Below, piece after piece: positions 35,693-47,866 of a stretch of DNA of 64,000 nucleotides. A program made the position numbers and the translations under genes. The notes beneath the pieces are model-generated. The model was given only the letters and a program-made list of their open reading frames with translations. It ran no database searches and was not told the DNA's origin. This stretch comes from a cyanobacterium endosymbiont of Rhopalodia gibba (lineage in GTDB: Bacteria > Cyanobacteriota > Cyanobacteriia > Cyanobacteriales > Microcystaceae): assembly GCA_045159875.1 (NCBI GenBank), contig CP067995.1, forward strand, positions 768,001-832,000, given 5' to 3'. Every line of letters begins with the position of its first letter. The first letter of the stretch is position 1.

Positions 35693-36295
35693 GTGTCTTT
35701 GAACTCTATTTCCATCGCACCCAGTGGGGGAAAAATTCCCCAGTCTCTTTTAATCATATTGCATGGTTGGGGAGCTAATGCCAAAGATTTAGCTCCCTTA
35801 GCTTCAATGCTATCTTTGGGAGATTGTCAACTTATTTTACCCAATGCACCCTTCCCCCACCCTGAAGTTTCTGGAGGACGAGCTTGGTATCTTCTAGAAA
35901 CCTTAGATTATAAAGGATTATCTAAAAGTCAGAATCTTTTGCAAAATTGGTTATTTTCTTTAGAAAATCAGATGGAGTTTCTCCTATTCCGGACAGTTTT
36001 TACCGGCTTTTCTTAAGGGGGTGCAATGTCTCTTGATGTTAGTTTACAATTATCTCTTGCTGGCATTATTTGTAGTTTAAGTAGCTATTTACATTTTCAA
36101 CCTCAAGCTACCTGATTTCCTTATTTTCCTATTCTAATTATACATGGGATACAAGACATGGTAGTTCCAATTCAAGCTGCCCGTAAAGCTAAAGATGCTT
36201 TAAAAAATATTGGTGCAATAGTTGCATACCATGAATTTAATGGAGGTCATAAAATTTCTTCCGTTACTCTGAATATTCTCCAACAATTTTTGTAA
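35693..36295 (+). pseudogene. phospholipase/carboxylesterase (alpha/beta hydrolase) pseudogene
   Basis: LHGWGANAKDL, GFS*GG (TAA 36014-16 where GFSQGG is expected), TGA 36113-15, then in-frame HGIQDMVVP...YHEFNGGHKI to TAA at 36295. Confidence 0.9.
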
Positions 36296-36762
36296 ATAAA
36301 TTGTTGAATTATTTTTTTAGCTTATTTTTTTTTAGGTTACCTAAAATTGTTTTAGTTTCTTAAAATAAAGATAAAGTTCGTAGGATAGATGAAATATCTC
36401 TAAGTATAGGAAATACAGACTGAAGACTTTTGAATTGTGCCTAAATAAATTCTATTAGCCCGCTATAATAGCCCTGCAGCGCTTTGATAAAAAAGTAAAT
36501 AAAACAATCGCAGTATGTTACGAACAACGATGTACTCGCTATTGAACTAATGACTAACAAAATAGAGATTGCAATTCTCCGACTCAAATGAGAAAAAAGA
36601 CAGGATAATGGTACACTCTGTGCTCTTGGGAGAAATCAACAAAATGCTCCCCAAAAAACTGAAATGATTGAAATTGAATCTTTCAGAGCTCAGCGAATAA
36701 CTATTTAGCTCTAGCGCTACTTAAGGGAAAAACTCGGAATTTACAATGGTGCTGTCCCAACT

Positions 36763-36802
36763 TGAATATTAATTAAGCTCTTGAGAGCTTAATTAATATT
36801 CA
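36763..36802. repeat. perfect inverted repeat, 19-bp arms, 2-nt spacer
   Basis: TGAATATTAATTAAGCTCT-tg-AGAGCTTAATTAATATTCA. Confidence 0.9.
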
Positions 36803-36941
36803 CTGTTTTTAAGCAAATTTATGCTTAAATCATTAAAATACAAAAAAATAGGTGTAAATAATAATATTTAAGGAGAACTTAGCCCCCACAATGTTTATTA
36901 CGACAATATACGATAGTTAATCAAGCATCTTTTGGTATTCA

Positions 36942-36957
36942 GTTCGGGAACCCGTAC
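36942..36957 (+). promoter_or_regulatory. K-box of the cyanobacterial groESL1 promoter
   Basis: GTTCGG-GAAC-CCGTAC fits the consensus GTTCGG-NNAN-CCNNAC; lies upstream of a TTGCCA -35 and the CIRCE. Confidence 0.85.
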
Positions 36958-36996
36958 ACAACCACCTGTTGCCACGCTCACCTCTATTTCGCTAAA

Positions 36997-37023
36997 TTAG
37001 CACTCATGAGGTGAGAGTGCTAA
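36997..37023 (+). promoter_or_regulatory. CIRCE element (HrcA operator)
   Basis: TTAGCACTC-atgaggtga-GAGTGCTAA, exact consensus, upstream of groES. Confidence 0.97.
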
Positions 37024-37084
37024 TTTAGCGAAATACATCACCTTTTGAGAGTTAACCTTAGATCAAATCCCAGAGGATTTATAC

Positions 37085-37396
37085 ATGGCAGCAATTAGTA
37101 TCAACGTTTCAACCGTTAAACCCCTTGGTGATCGCGTGTTTGTCAAAGTCAGTGCATCTGAAGAAAAGACAGCCGGAGGCATCTTACTCCCCGAAACGGC
37201 TAAAGAAAAACCCCAAATTGGTGAAATCGTCGCCGTTGGACCTGGAAAGCGTAATGATGATGGTAGCCGTTCTGAAATTGAAGTCAAAGTAGGCGACCAA
37301 GTTCTTTACTCCAAATATGCTGGAACTGACATCAAACTCGGTGGCGAAGATTATGTTTTGTTATCCGAGAAGGATATCTTAGCAGCAGTTGCCTAA
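37085..37396 (+). CDS. groES: co-chaperonin GroES
   Basis: [27 protein letters not shown]. Confidence 0.98.
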   Translation: MAAISINVSTVKPLGDRVFVKVSASEEKTAGGILLPETAKEKPQIGEIVAVGPGKRNDDGSRSEIEVKVGDQVLYSKYAGTDIKLGGEDYVLLSEKDILAAVA

Positions 37397-37493
37397 GCTT
37401 GAAGCAAGGATAATCTATTCCCCGTTAATTCATTAGAAAAGTCAGTCAGGGTAGGCAAGATAGAAGCTACTTGTACCTATACATAAAGATTGA

Positions 37494-39167
<1,674 letters not shown>

Positions 39168-39195
39168 GTTCAGATTTATCGGATATTTTCAGTCG

Positions 39196-39218
39196 GGTGG
39201 GTGTTTCCCACCTTTTTT
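39196..39218 (+). terminator. intrinsic terminator of groESL
   Basis: GGTGGG-tgttt-CCCACC followed by TTTTTT. Confidence 0.8.
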
Positions 39219-39255
39219 ATTTACACCCACCTACTTGTTGAGCTGTTATAAATTT

Positions 39256-39293
39256 AGAGACTTTTTCTAAAAGCAGAGACTTTTTCTAAAAGC
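39256..39293. repeat. perfect 19-bp tandem duplication
   Basis: AGAGACTTTTTCTAAAAGC x2. Confidence 0.9.
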
Positions 39294-39887
39294 TTAGAAT
39301 CAGGAATAATAATAGAGATTCCATCTCAAGTTTTTATTGATGTACTTCTATCCTAGAGATTCTATCCTGTCCCAACTAACTTCTCTAATCTAATAAACAT
39401 AAGTTCAATAAAACTTAAAAACATGGTTTTCATTTTTAATATCTAGGTAAAAATTAGAAGAGATTGACGGTTATCTAAAATAGTAACCATGAACGATTGG
39501 GAGTGTAATAGTTGGCTATATTAAAAATGCTAGAAGACGAGATAAATTTCCCTGATTTTCAAGACAACTCAGTGTACGATACTGTACTGTGAGCCTGATA
39601 ATAGATTTCTATCGGAGTTGAGTCATCAAACTGATTCTTATAATTTGTACTTTACAAGTCTGTAAAAAACAATACATTAACATCATTACCCAGTCCATCA
39701 GCTGCACAAAATGCTTCTAGTGAACTAGAAGTATTTTTTAAAATGGGGAAGTACCTATGATGTGTTTGATTTTTTAGATGTATTTAATTATTTAAAAGTT
39801 CAATATTCTAACCCATAAAAAGCGATTACAAGAGCCATCACTCCACCTGTTCTCAAAAAAGAATGGGGTCTTTTCTCGAATAAATGC

Positions 39888-39936
39888 TGTCTACCAAAGA
39901 ACAGAATAACAATGTTATTCTGTTCTTTGGTAGACA
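39888..39936. repeat. perfect inverted repeat, 24-bp arms, 1-nt spacer
   Basis: TGTCTACCAAAGAACAGAATAACA-a-TGTTATTCTGTTCTTTGGTAGACA. Confidence 0.95.
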
Positions 39937-40255
39937 TGAGCTCAATTAGATAATCCTTCAATAAGATCAAGATGGGATGTCATATCCATAGCACCAGACA
40001 TCAATAAAAAAAGGCTTCTAGTATGGATCTGCTTCTTTTTTTTGTCTCCACAAATTTTTATCAAATTAACGTTAATAGAGTCTCTTACTTGAATTGGCTT
40101 TTCTAAGGTTATAATTTTCTTACTATTTCTATCAGTAGGAAAATTATAAAAGCGACATGAAATAATAAATAACATGAATATGTAAGACTGCGGAATAGTT
40201 TTCACTTTCTCTTCTGTCAAAGAAAATATTGATCGAAACAAAGTAAAAACTATCA

Positions 40256-41392
40256 TTAAGTAAACCGACAATAAGCTAACTCGGAAGCTAATTTAATGGC
40301 TGCTTTCATACTTGCAGCCCTAGCAATTCCTTTGCCTGCAATATCAAAAGCAGTTCCATGATCGGGGGAAGTCCGAATAAATGGCAACCCAATAGTAGTA
40401 TTAATAGCCTGGTCAAAAGCCATTAATTTAACGGGGATTAACCCTTGATCATGGTATAAGGACAAATAACCATCTCCTAAGTCTTTTCTGCTTAAGATTG
40501 AGCAATCAGCCGAAGTATTATTCGTTTGTATTAACTCTAATCGATTTCCATACCAAGCTTTTCCCGGTTTGACCCACATGGTGTCAGGAGGCACTAACCC
40601 TACTAATTCAACATCTTCATGTTGCTTTTGTTGAATCTCTAACCAAGAGAATAACCAGTCTTTTTCTTCGGTTCCTAACTGTCCTTGTTCGCCGCCATGA
40701 GGATTCAATCCGGAAATAACAATCTTAGGGTTTTTAATAGCAAAATCTTGTTGTAAACAGTTGATTAATAATTCTAATTTTAATGTCATTAATTCAGGGG
40801 TTAAAGTAGTGCAAACTTGGCATAAAGGAATGTGAGTAGTGGCTAATAAAGTTCGTAATGTCCACCCTGTATAAGGCGATCGTGCGATGAATAGCATCCC
40901 AAACTTCTCTACACCTGCTTTTTTAGCTAATATCTCTGTTTGTCCCGGATAATTGTGCCCTGCCGCTTTCCAACAAGACTTAGCAATAGGCGCGGTCACA
41001 ATGCCTTGGAACTCACCTTTTAGGGTACGGTCAGTAGCCGTCTCTAAATAAGCAAAACTTGCCCTACCACTGGCTTGATTTCCCTGTCCTAGTGTTATCT
41101 GGGATAAGGTTGTCTTATCGAGCAAAATATCCACCACAGACAAAGAGTCAGGATCAACTAATGACTCCCCAGTGCTTTGCAATAATTGATAAGTCTTTTC
41201 TAATATAGACCGCGTTCCAAACACTGTTAAACGACAACTTTCAGTGATTGAAGGATCGGCCAACGCTTTGAGGATAACTTCTGCCCCAATTCCTCCAGGG
41301 TCACCCATAGTTACAGCTAAATGAAGACATTGGGAATTAGGTTTATTGATAATTTTAGTCGTTAATTGAGTTGTCGAGTTAAAAGGTTGCAT
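40256..41392 (-). CDS. pdxA: 4-hydroxythreonine-4-phosphate dehydrogenase
   Basis: [44 protein letters not shown]. Confidence 0.97.
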   Translation of the reverse strand: MQPFNSTTQLTTKIINKPNSQCLHLAVTMGDPGGIGAEVILKALADPSITESCRLTVFGTRSILEKTYQLLQSTGESLVDPDSLSVVDILLDKTTLSQITLGQGNQASGRASFAYLETATDRTLKGEFQGIVTAPIAKSCWKAAGHNYPGQTEILAKKAGVEKFGMLFIARSPYTGWTLRTLLATTHIPLCQVCTTLTPELMTLKLELLINCLQQDFAIKNPKIVISGLNPHGGEQGQLGTEEKDWLFSWLEIQQKQHEDVELVGLVPPDTMWVKPGKAWYGNRLELIQTNNTSADCSILSRKDLGDGYLSLYHDQGLIPVKLMAFDQAINTTIGLPFIRTSPDHGTAFDIAGKGIARAASMKAAIKLASELAYCRFT

Positions 41393-41575
41393 CTGACAAT
41401 GTCGCCTTAATGTTCTACAATGATATCGATGGATAAGTCAATTTTAGCTTAACGTTTGTGAGCATCTTTATCTGTTAATTATGTTCGACTAAACTAAGAT
41501 TAGGACACTTGTTGCAGCTAAAATCATAATAAAAATTGATATTTATCGATTCGTTCAGGTTAAGGAGCAATTAGG

Positions 41576-41689
41576 ATGAGTGCAGAAAGTATGATGTTCA
41601 ATGGAGCAATTCTATGTATTGTTCTCGTGTTAGTTGGTTTAGCTTGGGGGTTCCTTCTCCTTAAAATTCAGGGAGGAGGAGCTGAATAA
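41576..41689 (+). CDS. petM: cytochrome b6f subunit VII (below the ORF-track length cutoff)
   Basis: [46 protein letters not shown]; divergent from pdxA. Confidence 0.93.
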   Translation: MSAESMMFNGAILCIVLVLVGLAWGFLLLKIQGGGAE

Positions 41690-42186
41690 TTTTAAGTTTT
41701 TACTGGGGGATAAGAAAATAGATAATTTTGTTATCCCTCATCACTATAAGTTTTGAAAAACAGGTTTTATAGTTTGAGTTTGTAATTAATAAGTAATAAT
41801 TGCTCCTATTGGAGATTTAATAAAGTTTCTTGTAGGTATTCAAGAATGTCGATCTACGCCATGGTAAAGAGAAATTTATCCGTAGTGTTTTAATGATATT
41901 TGAAAGTCTAAAGTATCTAGAATAATTTAGTAATTTTTGGAAGTAAATTCATAGAAATTTCAATTATAAATTCTATGAATTTCATTTATAATTGAAATTT
42001 CTTCACTAAAAAATAGTTTTGGATGAAAATAAAGTAAATAAGTTACAATCAGTTAAGTGTGTATTTTGAATTGAATAAGATTATCATTGGGAATGTGAAA
42101 TGTCTTTATCCTGAAGTTAATAGTATTAGTCACAAAGATACTACAAGTTAGTTAGAAACTCAGTTATTTTATTACCTGTTATTTTT

Positions 42187-43110
42187 ATGAAAATTGCCAT
42201 TACCGGAGCTACTGGATTTGTTGGTAGTCGATTAGTTAAAAAATTAAAAAATGATGGGCATCAGTTGTTGATTTTTACTCGTAATGCTAATCGTGCTAAA
42301 CAACTTTATCCTGCTTCTCAGTTTCCTAATTTAGAGATTATTTCTTATAAACCAATAGAATCAGGGGATTGGCAAGAAACTATTTCTGGTTGTGACGGAG
42401 TAGTAAATTTGGCAGGGGAAAGCATCGCGAAACGGTGGACCTCAGAAAATAAAAAAGCTATTCTAGAAAGTCGTCAATTAGGAACCCAAAAAATTGTCGA
42501 AGCTATTGCTCAAGCAGAGACTAAATCATCGGTTCTAGTGAATGCCTCAGCTGTTGGTTATTATGGAACAAGTGAAATAGGTATTTTCGATGAAGATAGT
42601 GATCCGGGAGATGATTTTTTATCTCAAGTCTGTCAAGTATGGGAGACAGAAGCTAACAAAGTGAAACAAGCAGGTGTTCGCTTAGTTATCTTGCGCATGG
42701 GTATTGTTCTGGGTAATGGAGGAACATTAGCCAAAATGATTACTCCATTCAAATTGTTTGTAGGAGGACCCTTGGGAAAAGGCCATCAATGGTTTTCATG
42801 GATTCATCTGGATGATTTAGTTAATTTAATCATTGAGTCCCTTGAGCGCAATGATGTTGAAGGGGTATTCAATGCTACCTCTCCTCATCCTGTTCGTATG
42901 AGTAAATTGTGTGAGACTTTAGGAGAAATTATGAATCGCCCCTCTTGGCTACCTGTTCCAGATTTTGTTTTAGAATTCTTATTAGGAGACGCATCAAAAG
43001 TGGTGTTGGAAGGTCAACAAGTTTTATCCAAAAGAATTGAATCTATAGGGTTTGAGTATCAATATCCGAATTTAAAAAAAGCCCTAATAGATATCCTGCC
43101 TCGAGTTTAA
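42187..43110 (+). CDS. TIGR01777 NAD-dependent epimerase family (ThyD/SulA-like)
   Basis: ITGATGFVG, VVNLAGESI, SAVGYYG, SWIHLDDL, EGQQV. Confidence 0.9.
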   Translation: MKIAITGATGFVGSRLVKKLKNDGHQLLIFTRNANRAKQLYPASQFPNLEIISYKPIESGDWQETISGCDGVVNLAGESIAKRWTSENKKAILESRQLGTQKIVEAIAQAETKSSVLVNASAVGYYGTSEIGIFDEDSDPGDDFLSQVCQVWETEANKVKQAGVRLVILRMGIVLGNGGTLAKMITPFKLFVGGPLGKGHQWFSWIHLDDLVNLIIESLERNDVEGVFNATSPHPVRMSKLCETLGEIMNRPSWLPVPDFVLEFLLGDASKVVLEGQQVLSKRIESIGFEYQYPNLKKALIDILPRV

Positions 43111-43363
43111 CTAAAGTCAATAATTCTGAAAGAATAAAAACCCTCTAAAAGTACAAAAAAAAGATAAACTTATCTTTTATATTAGAGTTCTTCTTTAAGT
43201 CTCAAGAAAAGATGGTCTTTAATATTAAAAATAAAGTGGATTAGCTGTTTTTTAGTCAAGAAAGTTGTATAGTTTGATTGTAAAATTTATTGTTCAGGTA
43301 AAATTATAAATCACTGAATAGTGGAATACCGAAAAGTCCAATTATCTAGTATTTAGTGGTGAT

Positions 43364-44158
43364 ATGAATATTGATGTGTCAAATTTATTCTCATATTTTG
43401 CTCTAGTTGTAGGTAATTCACGTCTCCATTGGGGGTATTTTAAAGCAGACAAACTGCAAACAACTTGGGATACTCCTCACTTATCTAAACCTATTACAAC
43501 CAACAAATTACCTAAATATTTATTACTTCCCCAGTTACCAGATGATTTACCCGTTTATTTTACTTCTGTAGTTTTTTCCCAAACCCAATTATGGGAAACT
43601 TATCCAAAGATAAAAATTATTACCCAAGCACATATACCTCTACAAAAACTTTATCCGACTCTAGGAATTGATCGTGCTTTAGCCGTCTTGGGTGCTGGGA
43701 AAACTTATGGGTTTCCTTGTCTGGTCATTGATGCAGGAACAGCCTTAACTTTTACAGGAGTTGATGGCGATCAGGCTTTAGTTGGAGGAGCAATTTTACC
43801 GGGATTAAGGTTACAATTTAAGTCCCTAGCTAATAATACGGCTGCGTTATCTGAAGAAATATTGCCGATGAGTTTACCTATTCCTTGGGGAACGACGACT
43901 TCTGAGGCGATTCAAAGTGGGATTGTCCACTGTATTTTAGCAGGAATTAAAACATTTATTAAAGATTGGTTTAAAAATTTTTCCGACAGTCAAGTGATTA
44001 TAACAGGGGGAGATTCGCAACAAATCATAACTTATCTAAAAGATTATAATTATGATTTGTTAGATAAGTTAAAACAAGATAGCAATCTTATTTTTTGGGG
44101 AACTAGAGAAGTCTTTTTCTCCTGTAAAATTAACAATTATGCAAAAACTAAGTTCTAA
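43364..44158 (+). CDS. coaX: type III pantothenate kinase
   Basis: GNSRLHWG, TLGIDR, VIDAGTALT, GGAILPGL, ITGGD. Confidence 0.93.
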   Translation: MNIDVSNLFSYFALVVGNSRLHWGYFKADKLQTTWDTPHLSKPITTNKLPKYLLLPQLPDDLPVYFTSVVFSQTQLWETYPKIKIITQAHIPLQKLYPTLGIDRALAVLGAGKTYGFPCLVIDAGTALTFTGVDGDQALVGGAILPGLRLQFKSLANNTAALSEEILPMSLPIPWGTTTSEAIQSGIVHCILAGIKTFIKDWFKNFSDSQVIITGGDSQQIITYLKDYNYDLLDKLKQDSNLIFWGTREVFFSCKINNYAKTKF

Positions 44159-44478
44159 TTTAACATTATTGTTTCCTAAAAAATTTCTTGTAAATCCTAT
44201 TTATTTTTAATGCATTTATCGTCTAATTTTTATAGATTTAATTTTTTGTAACAAAATAAATAAATTAAAAAGTATTATTTATATTAACTAATAAAATGAG
44301 TTAATATAAATAATTAATAGAAGCTGTGTAAAAGTTACTTCATCTTAATCAGAGATACTTTCTTGAAAGCTGTTTAAATCAGCCTCATCAAAAGATGTTA
44401 AGTATAACAATATTGAGCTATCATGCTTTCGATTTTTACAAATAAAAAAAATTTATAAATGTAAATTTTAAAAACTAT

Positions 44479-44543
44479 TATAGCAATATAAAGATGCAGT
44501 ATATCTATGCTAAAAGCAGCAATTATTGAGGTCTATTGCTATA
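44479..44543. mobile_element. possible MITE relic with 10-bp terminal inverted repeats
   Basis: TATAGCAATA...TATTGCTATA ends of a 65-bp unit; resembles the TATAGC...GCTATA ends of cyanobacterial small repeats (from recall). Confidence 0.4.
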
Positions 44544-44916
44544 TATATAAAATATTATATAGTCTGAATTTTACAGAACTATCTTCTGGTACAGCCCATG
44601 ATTTTTATCAATTGATGAACAGCATTGTTGTCTTGGTTTTTAATTAATAGTATTTATTCTAAACAAGTACCAACTTTGTGTAAAATTAGTAAATTTTCAA
44701 TTGAAATTACTTTTTATGGTTCATAACATTAAATTTTGAAATAATCTTAATCGTGGGTTCAAGTATTGTCGAACTCACATTTAATTAAAGACGATTTAAG
44801 GTACGATTGTAAAAGGTCTGCACAACCATGAAATCTTTGTAAAGAGAAACAACTCGATCTTTAACCGACCATGGACAATAGAAGAAGTGTTATCCTCATT
44901 AGGAGAATCTTAATAA

Positions 44917-46602
44917 ATGTCAGATAATCTCAGAAGCCGTACCGTTACTCAAGGAAGTCAACGAACCCCAAACCGAGCCATGTTAAGGGCGGTAGGGTTT
45001 ACAGATGATGACTTTACTAAACCTATCGTGGGGTTGGCCAACGGCTATAGTACTATCACCCCCTGCAATATTGGCATTAATGACCTAGCAAAACGAGCCG
45101 AAACTGGGCTAAAAACAGCCGGGGCAATGCCTCAAATGTTTGGGACAATTACCGTTAGTGATGGTATCTCTATGGGAACTGAAGGGATGAAGTATTCTCT
45201 CGTTTCACGAGAAGTAATTGCTGATTCCATCGAAACCGCTTGTAATGCTCAAAGTATGGATGGGATTCTTGCTATTGGGGGTTGTGATAAAAATATGCCT
45301 GGGGCAATGATTGCTATCGCCCGGATGAATATTCCAGGTATTTTTGTTTATGGGGGCACGATTAAACCTGGTCACTATCAAGGGGAAGATTTAACCGTTG
45401 TTAGTGCTTTTGAAGCGGTAGGAGAATACAGTGCAGGTAAGATAGATGATAATAAATTATTAGCAATTGAGCGTAATGCCTGTCCTGGGGCAGGTTCGTG
45501 TGGAGGAATGTTTACAGCCAACACTATGTCATCGGCGTTTGAAGCAATGGGAATGAGTTTACCATATTCTTCGACGATGGCCGCTGAGGATATAGAAAAG
45601 GCAGATAATGCGGAAAAATCCGCTTTTTTTTTAGTAGATGCTATCCGTAATCAAATTCTGCCAAGTCAAATTTTAACCCGTAAAGCCTTTGAAAATGCCA
45701 TTACTGTGATTATGGCAGTAGGGGGCTCTACTAATGCGGTATTACATCTATTAGCCATTGCTAATACGATTGGAGTTGAATTGACTTTGGATGACTTTGA
45801 AACCATTCGAAAAAAGGTTCCCGTACTTTGTGATTTGAAACCGTCGGGACGCTACGTCACCATGAATTTACATCAAGCTGGAGGGATTCCTCAAGTGATG
45901 CGGATTTTATTAATTCACGGATTGTTACATGAGGATGCTTTGACAATTTCAGGACAAACCATTGCTGAAGTGTTAAAAGATATTCCTGATGAACCACCAG
46001 CTAATCAGGATGTCATTCGTTCTTGGAGTAAGCCTGTTTATACAGAAGGTCATTTAGCGATTCTCAAGGGGAACTTAGCGCTGGAAGGAGCTGTTGCTAA
46101 AATTAGTGGAGTTAAAAATCCCAAAATTACTGGGCCGGCAAAAGTTTTTGAATCGGAAGAGGACTGTTTGAATGCAATTTTAACAGGAAAAATTAAGGCA
46201 GGAGATATCATTATCGTTCGCTATGAAGGTCCTAAAGGAGGACCTGGAATGCGAGAAATGCTAGCCCCAACCTCAGCAATTATCGGTGCAGGGTTAGGGG
46301 ATTCAGTAGGCTTAATTACAGATGGTCGTTTCTCTGGGGGAACTTATGGATTAGTGGTTGGTCATGTAGCTCCAGAAGCTTTTGTTGGTGGAACTATTGC
46401 CTTAGTAGAAGAAGGAGATACTATTACGATTGATGCAGAACAACGATTATTGCAGTTAAATGTTTCCGAGGAGGAATTGGCCCAACGCCGTCGGAATTGG
46501 ACTGCGCCACAACTTCGTTATCAACGAGGAGTTTTAGGCAAGTATGCTAGGTTAGTTTCTTCAAGTAGTTTGGGGGCAGTTACAGATTCAGATTTGTTCT
46601 AA
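44917..46602 (+). CDS. ilvD: dihydroxy-acid dehydratase
   Basis: [55 protein letters not shown]. Confidence 0.98.
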   Translation: MSDNLRSRTVTQGSQRTPNRAMLRAVGFTDDDFTKPIVGLANGYSTITPCNIGINDLAKRAETGLKTAGAMPQMFGTITVSDGISMGTEGMKYSLVSREVIADSIETACNAQSMDGILAIGGCDKNMPGAMIAIARMNIPGIFVYGGTIKPGHYQGEDLTVVSAFEAVGEYSAGKIDDNKLLAIERNACPGAGSCGGMFTANTMSSAFEAMGMSLPYSSTMAAEDIEKADNAEKSAFFLVDAIRNQILPSQILTRKAFENAITVIMAVGGSTNAVLHLLAIANTIGVELTLDDFETIRKKVPVLCDLKPSGRYVTMNLHQAGGIPQVMRILLIHGLLHEDALTISGQTIAEVLKDIPDEPPANQDVIRSWSKPVYTEGHLAILKGNLALEGAVAKISGVKNPKITGPAKVFESEEDCLNAILTGKIKAGDIIIVRYEGPKGGPGMREMLAPTSAIIGAGLGDSVGLITDGRFSGGTYGLVVGHVAPEAFVGGTIALVEEGDTITIDAEQRLLQLNVSEEELAQRRRNWTAPQLRYQRGVLGKYARLVSSSSLGAVTDSDLF

Positions 46603-47190
46603 ATTATAGGGGGGATAATGTTGCCTTACGGTTTTTTTCCATATATCATACTGATTAGTCAACAAGAGACTGTTTGTAAGCAAAGTATTAATTAGAATGC
46701 ATTGTTCTTGTTATGCAAGAAAATCTGAAGTTTTATTATGCTGTAATGCATAACATACGAGTATCTAAAGATTGACTTTACAAATAGTCTCAAAATGAGC
46801 GAGGAATTGTCTATCTTTACTCTGGCGATAGGTAAACTGTTTGAACTTTTAAAAATCAAATAAAAAAGTCGACAATAATTATATTTCTTGCAGATAATCC
46901 AGAAAATATACTTATTTTCTCTAGACAAAGAACAATTACAAGGTCTAATTATAAATTAGTCATTATTTTTGTGGTTAAGACTCTTCTAGTTAAAGAGAGG
47001 AAATCTGCTTATTATACTGAATTGGGAAGGGGGATTCTGGATTTGAGCTAAAATTTATCTAGGATAGTTTTAAAGTTAAATCCTAAGATAATTTTGATAT
47101 AAGTGTCCACAAAAACTATTAGATTGATTTAACTCTGTTTTTTTTTAATGGTTGATTTAGTAAAATCATAAAATTAGTTTATGATTAATT

Positions 47191-47429
47191 TTAATTAGAT
47201 TTGAGGGAGGAAATAGAAGCGGGATAATAAATCCACTTTTGGGTATCAGATGGTCGTTTAGCTTGAATTGCTTTTATAGCTAAAAGAGACTTAAGACAAG
47301 ACTGTACCATTGAAACAGGACGATTTAAGCGATTACTCAATTTTTTCACTGTAATTCCTTGAGGATGGGTTAGAATTAATTTTTGAATTTGCTGGGTGGT
47401 GTCTTTTAAACTTTATTTTTAAGAGACAC
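47191..47429 (-). pseudogene. small winged-helix DNA-binding protein with a single 5' frameshift
   Basis: Open frame KDTTQQIQKLILTHPQGITVKKLSNRLNRPVSMVQSCLKSLLAIKAIQAKRPSDTQKWIYYPASISSLKSN*; GTG at 47429 is out of frame by one base. Confidence 0.65.
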
Positions 47430-47549
47430 AATAAATTACTTTAGTGTATTTTTTAAAAAATACTAAAAATTTCCTATAAGCAAACTTACTCAGTTTATAT
47501 TGATTGGACATACTACAAAGATAGTACTAACAAATATCGTATCGTATCG

Positions 47550-47588
47550 AAAAACAAAATACTACTAAAATAGTAGTATTTTGTTTTT
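47550..47588. repeat. perfect inverted repeat, 18-bp arms, 3-nt spacer
   Basis: AAAAACAAAATACTACTA-aaa-TAGTAGTATTTTGTTTTT. Confidence 0.9.
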
Positions 47589-47866
47589 AAAAAATTGGTT
47601 CAAAGAAGTTGACTCCGACTTGACATATAATTCACTCTCTCTAAGATAATTTTCATACGGAATAGACTTTTTATTAAATAACTCCTCTTTCTTGGAAACG
47701 GTAAATTGCTGTCTCAGAAAGTAGCGAGTTAGTAGTAAATGCGAAAAAACTACTCAGCTCTCACATCGACTACTAGTAATTATTCTCGTTGAGATGCAAT
47801 TAGGCAACATTTTTCTCTCAATCCCTCATAATAAAGATAAGTAATGTAAACTCTCTTAGAGAACCC

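Larger units (their letters stand above)
39250..40200 (-). pseudogene. MscS small mechanosensitive channel remnants (apparently two copies of the beta domain)
   Basis: IITLEKPIQVRDSINV (cf. FERPIQVGDFIEV) near 40070-40120, and KLVGTG*NL*DRSTSIKT*DGISIIIPDSKL (cf. GTVERISIRSTIIRTLDGISIIVPN) near 39290-39390. Confidence 0.6.

Noticed and set aside
41800..41920. Possible nblA relic
   Set aside because: Only a vague compositional resemblance; no LSLEQxF motif
47446..47463. GTA-N12-TAC palindrome as an NtcA site
   Set aside because: NtcA consensus is GTA-N8-TAC; the spacing is wrong
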